Part shown: one piece after another, positions 1 through 6,287 of the stretch | Position numbering within the stretch: position 1 is the first letter of the stretch | Layout of the letters: each line of letters begins with the position of its first letter | Source of the DNA: Paraspadella gotoi | Lineage: Eukaryota; Animalia; Chaetognatha | Reading direction: 5' to 3' | Length of the DNA: 6,287 nucleotides | Assembly (NCBI GenBank): GCA_051294375.1 | Contig: JBJCIZ010001539.1 | Span: forward strand, 1 to 6,287 | Position numbers and translations under genes: made by a program | The notes under the pieces: generated by a model | Told to the model about the DNA's origin: nothing | Databases searched by the model: none | Seen by the model: only the letters and a program-made list of their open reading frames with translations

Positions 1-102
1 CCCGTTAACGTTTCCCATTTTCCCGCGAGTGAACGTTCTGATTTCGTCCTGGCATCACCTCCCTGACGGCGATCTGGACGATCTCCTGCATCGTCTCCAT
101 GA

Positions 103-538
103 CGACGCTCTGCATCATCTTTCTCGGAACCTCTTGACGAGGCACGTGAACGGACCTGTGGCATCTTTGTGTTGACACACCTTGACGACCCGTTGCAACG
201 CCCTTGATGACGGACTGGAACATCTTTGATCGACTCTGATGTAGTTCAGCAGCATCTCGACCGACTCTATGGCGATGAGTCGCAACAATCTTTGGCGGGT
301 CTCGTTTCGTCTCTTTCCACGCCACGGCGCCCGGCGTCGTCTCCTTGACGACGCGCTAGGACTGACGCCGCAATTGCTGCTCTGCTCGACGTTCTGCTCT
401 GCTTGATGACGTTCTGCTCTGCTTGATGACGTTCTGCTCTGCTTGACGCTTTGCTTCTCTTGACGCTTTGCCGTCCCGTCTTTCTTTTTGTCTCCGTCTT
501 CGTCTTGTCCGGAACGATGTCTTGGGTGCATGTAAGTG
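103..538. repeat. Direct repeat copy A (paralog of 5839-6287)
   Basis: Aligned by eye with 5839-6287, from CGACGCTCTGCAT (103-115 = 5839-5851) to GTAAGTG (532-538 = 6281-6287). Differences are scattered substitutions, indels of 28, 2 and 17 bp, and one 30-bp same-length divergent block. Confidence 0.97.
377..472. repeat. 20-bp minisatellite (CTGCTCTGCTTGATGACGTT), 4 core units plus degenerate CTTGACGCTTTGC tail
   Basis: CTGCTCTGCT cores start at 377, 394, 414 and 434; CTTGACGCTTTGC occurs twice at the end. Confidence 0.95.
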
Positions 539-651
539 TGCGGGCATGTGCGTGCGTGCATTCGAGACCGAACTAATTGTTTCTCTCCCCCTTTCTTGCA
601 CTCAAGAAACATGGTTTAGATTGCTTAGTGTTTCTTATGGCCTTCTTAAAA

Positions 652-676
652 NNNNNNNNNNNNNNNNNNNNNNNNN
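652..676. other. Assembly gap (25 N)
   Basis: Run of N characters. Confidence 1.
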
Positions 677-864
677 AACAAACAATGAAAACAAATACAA
701 AGCCCGCGCTAAGTCTTTAGCTTCTTTCAACCTCACTCATTTTATGTATCTTTCTCTCTTTATTAACTGTCTTCAAATTTTGTATAAAGTTAACTGTTAG
801 TAATAAAATTGGTTATAAATTGCTGGGCACCAATTAAAATGACATGAACAAAGTTTCACTTTAA

Positions 865-1110
865 CCACTTTTTCTATGACATGATTTGATTCCTTTGCGA
901 GTTATGTAGTAGAGAAAACATCGGTCTTTTTTTCCTGTGTGGGCTCGATTTCGATAAATTGGTTACCGATCGACGTGGAATTACGTCTAGTTACTGAGAT
1001 AAAATTCATATTAAAATCGGTCACGCGTTCAAAAGTTATGGGCAAAAACGACGAAAAAATTGCGCCTTCGAGGGATCAACTTTCGCCGCTCAACACTGGC
1101 GAAAAAGTGG
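865..1110. mobile_element. Non-autonomous piggyBac-like element (MITE), 246 bp
   Basis: TTAA(861-864)-CCACTTTTTC(865-874) ... GAAAAAGTGG(1101-1110)-TTAA(1111-1114) is a perfect 14-bp inverted match, i.e. a 10-bp TIR plus TTAA. TTAA target duplication with CC..GG termini is the piggyBac signature. No transposase ORF inside. Subterminal hairpin TTTCGCC (1081-1087) / GGCGAAA (1098-1104). Confidence 0.7.
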
Positions 1111-1546
1111 TTAACATAAGATTTGAACTACGTTATTTACTAATCATTAGTGCGCGAGGCCGAATCGACGGTTAAAGCCTGAAATCCTCGTTCCGGGCTA
1201 GATAGAAATAAACGGAAAATTACGACCTGAACACGGAGAGTAATTTGGATATAAGAAACGAAATTTATAAAGAGAATACGGTGATATTGTTACTATAAAA
1301 CTGTAAATAAGTGATGGATGATAATTTAATACCATTGGAGGTTAATTTTACTTTTTAATTTATAAATAAATTTATTACTTTAATGCAAGGTATACGTGCG
1401 GCGACAACAACAATAACGACCGCGACAAGGAGGACAAATAACGTGAAATTAACCATGATACTGACCTTACCTTCTTATATTTGTTAACAATTTCTTACTT
1501 ACCATTCGATCATTACTTGTTTTATAAAAAAAAAAAATCTCTCTTC

Positions 1547-1826
1547 TCAAAACGAATTCAACAGGGACTCAGTCCCAACGGAGAGTGGACGCGGACACTC
1601 TTCCGCCTGACTCTCCCGCGTTGGCGCTGTCCAGGGGCACTCCTCCGCGTCGTCCCCGGTCGAGGCGTCACTTGGTCTTCATCGACAGCATCCGGGAGCT
1701 CAGAGAAGAGATCTCTTTCCCGCTTAAAAAAAAAGCCTTGGGGGGTTCTGCCCACCGCCTCAAGCTTGCGCCACCGCCGATTTTCCATTTGGTTTTGCGA
1801 ACACTCAAGGTTAAAAATCATATCTC
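1547..1826 (-). pseudogene. GC-rich exon-like island, possibly a frameshifted coding exon
   Basis: TTTAG acceptor-like site at 1831-1827. One frame reads ...MENRRWRKLEAVG...LPDAVDEDQ; a second frame (1678-1547) reads SDASTGDDAEECPWTAPTRESQAEECPRPLSVGTESLLNSF*. Plus-strand ORFs also span the island, so the strand is uncertain. Confidence 0.3.
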
Positions 1827-2400
1827 CTAAACCCACTTGACCAATTGTAATAAAACTTATTACATTGATCCATTTTTAAACAATTTTTTTTTTATGGTGT
1901 CTGGAATTTAAGTTAATTAAAATTTTGTACAGGACTGTACCTGCCGCCGATGGCTTCTAAGACTTGGTTTAAAATTGGCAAACCTATGAAGCCGACGTTT
2001 GTGCCAAATAAAATTTGATGTTAACTTTTCTAATGTTTTTAAAAATATGTAATTGAATTAAAGATTTATCATTAACCATCAATGATTTTTATTAAATTAC
2101 TTTATAATTTATTAATTTTTCTCAGTAACTGGGAATAAAGTAGGCCCTAAACGCTGATGAAAGACAATCGAAAAATACAGAGTCAAAAAAAAAACGTCCT
2201 GTTAATGACAAAATTGTTGTTTTTTGCACAAAAAACTTTTTTTCTAGTATAGCCCTATATTATATAAAAAATATGTGAATTATTGCAAAACGGTTTTATT
2301 AAATGGATCCTATCAAAATAATTTAAAACCAATCTTACATGACCAGTTCATAAAAAAGAATGCAGTTCAAGCAATTAGCTCCCAATTTAAGCTGCACATA

Positions 2401-2506
2401 TAATCCCCGCGTCTTTTTGGTGCGAATAATGCCTGCGTCTGTTTTGGTGCGAAGCATCCCTGCTGTCTTTTTTGCGCAAATCATTCCCCGCATCTTTTTA
2501 CTACAA
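2401..2506. repeat. Degenerate tandem repeat, 4 x 26-27 bp
   Basis: Units TAATCCCCGCGTCTTTTTGGTGCGAA (2401), TAATGCCTGCGTCTGTTTTGGTGCGAA (2427), GCATCCCTGCTGTCTTTTTTGCGCAAA (2454), TCATTCCCCGCATCTTTTTACTACAA (2481). Confidence 0.85.
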
Positions 2507-2549
2507 TAAATCTTTGTCATTTATATGCATCTTTTCGTTTTATTACTTC

Positions 2550-2689
2550 GCATGGAAGCCAAAGTCGTGGGGCATTTTTCACCCTGCTAATAAGCATAAA
2601 CCTTCACCTCGTGACCTGGTTGCCTACATCATGGACCTCAGGTACCTGGATCAATCTATCCATCAATGCCATCATTTCTGGCTCACGGG
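2550..2689 (+). other. Candidate exon (WKPKSWGIFHPANKHKPSPRDLVAYIMDLRYLDQSIHQCHHFWLTG)
   Basis: Higher-GC island whose open frame ends at a consensus donor G|GTAAGT (2690-2695). No clear acceptor, so the start is approximate. Confidence 0.2.
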
Positions 2690-3171
2690 GTAAGTGGTGT
2701 GAGAGTTCCATCCTAAGCTGGCAACATAGCAAACCAAGTTGTTCTATAACCTTCAATACAATATATTTTAAAGGGTTTAATAATTTTCACATATAACTAA
2801 ATCCATTCATTGGACAGTTTACTCAATATGTCAAGTGAAAATTTCTCATATAGATTTAAAATCGTTCTGTTTGATTTGGATATTCCTTATCATTAGGTAC
2901 AATTAAGCAATAAGCTACAACTGGGTTAACTGGCGCTATATCTTATGATACTGATATACATGTTTGGGAGAGTTTGGACAAGAAAAGACTAAAACTTCTA
3001 CTGGCTTAGACAAATAGACACGGTCGTCCAGTAAAAACCCCATGCAATAATTTTGGCAGGGCATTATAAATTAAGGAAGGCTGTTCCAAATAAAAACTTA
3101 TTGTATTTAACAAATATCATTTTTTAACGAATTAGTTGATTTATGTTATTATTATCTAACTTATTAATTAC

Positions 3172-3200
3172 ACATTGCTGATGGCGGTCATAAATTCACA
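3172..3200 (-). other. Candidate 29-nt micro-exon
   Basis: Minus strand reads T-tract..TTTCAG|TGTGAATTTATGACCGCCATCAGCAATGT|GTAATT, a small GC patch bounded by acceptor- and donor-like sites. Confidence 0.3.
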
Positions 3201-3728
3201 CTGAAATTTAAAAAAAAATGCTAATAAACATTATTTTAAGACGAAAACGTAATACAGCGGAATGAAAAAGAAACTACTAAAAAACTCCATTTAATGTTCA
3301 AAAGGTTTCACAAAAACTATGAAAAACAGCATTATAAATGATACAAGCCCCAATAGAAGTTTAGGATGTAACACCAATCCATTCCAACAAAATCCAATTT
3401 TTAATAAATAAGCTTGGGGGACTTTAAATATCTAATTTTGAATGACAATCACAGAAAGATTACTTATTAAACGGTCCTGAAGTATAACACACTATTCTTT
3501 AGATTCTGGGAAAATTGGCTGCTTCTTGAAACAAATCAACTTTTTCGTGCGGGCAAAGAGGAACAAAAACTTTTAACATTTGAAGCCTTTTGTTTTAAAA
3601 TATGCAAACCAAACATTTTTCAATTTAAAAATAAATTTTAAATTTAAAAATTGGTGACACTATATATTGGGACAGTGACTTTATCTCATAAAGTAGTCCA
3701 ACTGATAAAAATTTAAGTATAACCATAC

Positions 3729-3923
3729 AAATTATTTCTGAATTCAGTGATGCAGGAGACCTAGGCCAGTACAGCTGACGTGTATGAGGTATTGTTACGT
3801 GAGGACAGAGTGTGGCATACGGAGGACGAAACTGGAACGCAGCGGAACGGACGGAAGTGAACGCACGGAGGAGATTGATTGCAACACGGTGACGGAGTGC
3901 GAGGCATGGATGACATCGGCATA
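3729..3923 (-). other. Candidate 195-nt exon
   Basis: GC-rich island between TTTTCTTATTAAG| and |GTATGG. One frame is open throughout (CRCHPCLALRHRVAINLLRAFTSVRSAAFQFRPPYATLCPHVTIPHTRQLYWPRSPASLNSEII). Confidence 0.3.
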
Positions 3924-4166
3924 CTTAATAAGAAAACCAAAAAACATGTTAAATTAACGTCTAATAATTTTTAAAAAATAAGTAGAGTAAAATTATTTTG
4001 CATTCTATCACGAAAAAAAACCCCAATATTGATAGAATCATTATTAAATAAAATATGTAATTTAAATCAGTTCTTCTTTAACTACAAACCTGCTCTGCAC
4101 TTATATTGCCTCCCCCTAGTTCCCCGCCCTCCACATACTTTGCTAACAACTGATCAACAGCAAGGC

Positions 4167-4691
4167 CTACCTCTTTGGCCGTCTTAGCCATCTCAGAAGA
4201 GGGTCGCAACGTATTTGCTGAGAACTGGACAACAATGATGTCCCATCACGTCGTCTTGCAAAACTGACAGCAGCGCCAGAGTCCGTCCTGCCGTGTGATC
4301 GGGGGGGACGCGGCCAAGCAAGACGGGGAAGTGGTTGGTGGCGACGGAGAAGCCTTGGCGTAGGTTCATAGTGATAGTTGGTCTTGGTTAAGGCGGTTCG
4401 CTTGCGGCGGCGGCGGCAACGGGAGCGAAGCCCGAACATGGAGCGTTGGCCAGTCCCAATAAAGAAGAACGCGGCGGTTGCGGAATAATGGAAGCAGATA
4501 GCGACGGAGGGAAGCGTTCGCCGAAAAAAGTTAATACCGAAAACGCCGGAAAGTGATCTCCCGGCTCCCTCGGAAAGCGGCCGTCGGAAAAGCGAAAGAA
4601 AAGACGTCGACTCGGGAGACGAAGATTCGGCGTCGTCAGGGGATCCGGACTTAGTTGGCGACCCGACAGACACTCGTCGTTTAGTAACCAA
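4167..4691 (-). CDS. Hypothetical ORF or GC-rich exon-like island
   Basis: 174-codon frame with a non-ATG start; its stop overlaps a donor-like GAG|GTAGGC (4170-4165). Low complexity and no recognisable domain. An alternative frame gives a 58-aa ATG ORF (MNLRQGFSVATNHFP...YVATLF*). Confidence 0.2.
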   Translation of the reverse strand: MVTKRRVSVGSPTKSGSPDDAESSSPESTSFLSLFRRPLSEGAGRSLSGVFGINFFRRTLPSVAICFHYSATAAFFFIGTGQRSMFGLRSRCRRRRKRTALTKTNYHYEPTPRLLRRHQPLPRLAWPRPPRSHGRTDSGAAVSFARRRDGTSLLSSSQQIRCDPLLRWLRRPKR

Positions 4692-5255
4692 TTCGTAGTA
4701 ATGTAATCAGGACTCTTGTCTCAAAATACTAATTCCTACACTCTACTAATAAGGTAATAAATCACATAGTGAAACTGATCAAACAGTTATCAAATAATCA
4801 CGAAATCCAAAATACACGAGAAAATACGGCGAGACAATGCCAAAAAAGCTTAAAACAAAATAGAGACACAAATCATACGAGCACACATCAGTACCGAACG
4901 GGTAAAAGTTAAGAGTAAAACTCAGCATTCACTGGTCCGAGTCAATGCCCTCTGGGAGGCCTTATGGGAAACGATACACAGACAAGGTTTTCTTAAAAGC
5001 AATTAATAGAAAGAAAAGAGGAATCGAAGGAAGGAGAGGGATGAAAGCGGTTTGCGTGGAAGAAAAGATAGAAGAATTCATATATAAATTTTTTTAAAAT
5101 CATTATTTTTATTTTTGTTATACTTGAAATCTGATTCCAACCAAGTGATATATTTGGTTAGAAATTATAAAGTAATAAATTATTAGTTAAGACATAAATT
5201 ACGAATTAAAGTGTAAGTTAATATCTAAAATAATAATATATATGGTTTACAAAAT

Positions 5256-5348
5256 GTTAGGGACAGTTTAGGGTTAAGTTAAAGGAAAGATGTAGGGGTA
5301 AGGTTAAGTTAAAGTGGTAGACGGTAGGTTAGTCTTAAGGGATAAGGT
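5256..5348 (+). repeat. Degenerate telomere-like (TTAGGG/TTAGG/TAAGG) G-rich tract
   Basis: TTAGGG at 5257 and 5268, plus GTAGGGG, TAAGG, GTAGGTTAG and TTAAGGG variants. The 13-mer GGTTAAGTTAAAG is repeated at 5272 and 5302. Very few C on the + strand. Confidence 0.5.
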
Positions 5349-5349
5349 C

Positions 5350-5836
5350 AATAAAAATTACAATTTAAAAAAATTTAGGCTTAAATAGTCTATAATAATT
5401 AATATTATAAAAATAATATTGTAAATATATAATTATTACAAAATATAGATGATAATATTTATATAAACAAAGTTTATATGTATAATAGTTATTTAATAAA
5501 GGTAAAAAAATGAAGAACAAAATATAATTTAAATTATTAAATGATCATTGTATAAAATAACATTTTTTATAAATATTATCCAAAGACAATAATATTATTC
5601 TTGTATGGTTTAAATTTTTTTTTAAAAAGAAACAAATTTTTTTTGTTTCTATATATAATCTCTATATCCCCGGAATTGCAAAAATTTTTATCCTTATGGA
5701 AGGCCCCAAAAATAAAATTTTAATAAATTATAAAAAATAATAATTTCTACTTAAGTAATTATATAATATTCTATTTTCTGTAATAAAAATACAATTTTTA
5801 TATTATTAAAAAAGATTTTATTATAAATTATAAAAC
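5350..5836. other. Extremely AT-rich low-complexity spacer
   Basis: Almost only A/T, with many homopolymer runs and no ORFs in the track. Confidence 0.85.
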
Positions 5837-5850
5837 ATCGACGCTCTGCA

Positions 5851-6285
5851 TTAGGCCGGAACAGGTTGAAAATCTGCAACATCTTTCTGAGAACTTCTTA
5901 ACGAGGCACGTGAACGAACTTCTTTGACCGGATCCTGTGGCGACCTTGACGACCCGTTGCAACGTCCTTGACGACGGACTGGAAAGTCTTTGATTGACTC
6001 TCTGATGTAGTTCAGCAGCATCTCGACCGACTCTATGGCGATGAGTCGCAACAATCTTTGACGGGTCTCGTTTCGTCTCTTTCCACGCCACGGCGCCCGA
6101 CGTCGTCTCCTTGACGACGCGCTAGGACTGACGCCGCGATTGCTGCTCTGCTCGATGACGTTCTGCTCTGCTTGATGACGTTCTGCTCTGCTTGACGCTT
6201 TGCTTTGCTTGACGCTTTGCCGTACCGTCTTTCGGTTTGTCTCTGTTTTCGTCTTGTCCGGAACGATGTCTTGGGTGCATGTAAG
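5851..6285 (-). CDS. Partial (5'-incomplete) orphan ORF or terminal exon, basic R/S/Q-rich protein: LTCTQDIVPDKTKTETNRKTVRQSVKQSKASSRAERHQAEQNVIEQSSNRGVSPSASSRRRRRAPWRGKRRNETRQRLLRLIAIESVEMLLNYIRESIKDFPVRRQGRCNGSSRSPQDPVKEVRSRASLRSSQKDVADFQPVPA*
   Basis: The frame of the listed 5851..6054 ORF stays open to the window edge. About half of the A/B substitutions are synonymous in this frame (AAG/AAA, ACG/ACA, AGA/CGA, CGC/CGT x2, TCG/TCA, GAT/GAC, GGG/GGA, TCC/TCT; hand count). Minus-strand AATAAA at 5817-5822 follows the stop. No family recognised. Confidence 0.45.
   Translation of the reverse strand, partial: LTCTQDIVPDKTKTETNRKTVRQSVKQSKASSRAERHQAEQNVIEQSSNRGVSPSASSRRRRRAPWRGKRRNETRQRLLRLIAIESVEMLLNYIRESIKDFPVRRQGRCNGSSRSPQDPVKEVRSRASLRSSQKDVADFQPVPA
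6143..6221. repeat. 20-bp minisatellite, 3 core units plus degenerate tail
   Basis: Cores start at 6143, 6163 and 6183; the array is 17 bp shorter than in copy A. Confidence 0.95.
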
Positions 6286-6287
6286 TG

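Larger units (their letters stand above)
3..538 (-). pseudogene. Frameshifted paralog of the 5851-6285 ORF
   Basis: Relative to copy B there is +17 bp in the minisatellite and -2 bp at ~235 (GACTCTGAT vs GACTCTCTGAT). Between these indels the frame hits TAG (267-269) and TGA (246-248). It then reads open to the window start (ESIKDVPVRHQGRCNGSSR...RSRASSRGSEKDDAERRHGDDAGDRPDRRQGGDARTKSERSLAGKWETLT). Confidence 0.4.
5839..6287. repeat. Direct repeat copy B (runs off window end)
   Basis: Same alignment as copy A. The left boundary is an abrupt switch from very AT-rich to GC-rich sequence at ~5837. Confidence 0.97.

Noticed and set aside
5-325. MAWKETKRDP... ORFs (also 5828..6091)
   Set aside because: GTG starts; the two copies fall out of frame after ~30 codons, and the substitution pattern favours a different frame.
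377-472. CRISPR-like array in the 20-bp repeats (also 2401-2506)
   Set aside because: The units are head-to-tail with no unique spacers, there are no cas-like ORFs, and the context looks eukaryotic.
532-537. Plus-strand donor GTAAGT conserved in both copies
   Set aside because: The upstream plus strand has repeated TGA codons from the minisatellite, and conservation is expected from the duplication alone.
579-610. Polypurine tract (minus AAGAAAGGGGGAGAGAAA) as an LTR-retrotransposon PPT, and the TTTCTTG/CAAGAAA hairpin
   Set aside because: No TG LTR start follows the tract, no retroelement coding sequence is visible, and the 7-bp stem is within chance.
468-800. 110-aa plus-strand ORF
   Set aside because: It spans the N gap, so its continuity is artefactual, and the composition changes across the gap.
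939-1175. 78-aa ORF
   Set aside because: Non-ATG start; it lies inside the MITE and crosses its right TIR; no transposase motif.
1564-1717. Short palindromes GGGACTCAGTCCC (1564-1576) and AAGAGATCTCTT (1706-1717)
   Set aside because: Isolated 12-13 bp palindromes are expected occasionally by chance and have no supporting context.
3667-3701. Hairpin with ACTTTAT/ATAAAGT stem and outer GGAC/GTCC pairing
   Set aside because: Short, AT-rich and bulged; no recognisable RNA family.
4404-4417. (GCG)4 microsatellite
   Set aside because: Too short to be informative.

Overview
AT-rich eukaryotic-looking genomic DNA. It has long A/T tracts, GC-rich exon-like islands and GT..AG splice-like signals, including a nematode-style TTTCAG acceptor; the taxon is inferred, not established. 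No recognisable conserved gene, RNA gene or CRISPR array was found. Best-supported structures: (1) two diverged direct copies of a ~440 bp GC-rich segment (103-538 and 5839-6287), each with a 20-bp minisatellite of different unit number; the right copy has a stop-free minus-strand frame (5851-6285) and the left copy is frameshifted; (2) a 246-bp piggyBac-like MITE (865-1110) with 10-bp TIRs and TTAA target-site duplications; (3) a degenerate 26-27 bp tandem repeat (2401-2506); (4) a degenerate telomere-like G-rich tract (5256-5348); (5) several exon-like islands that I could not join into one intact CDS. A 25-N gap at 652-676 means the link between 1-651 and the rest is a scaffolding inference. 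I see no firm evidence for a new biological system; the duplicated orphan ORF family is the best lead.
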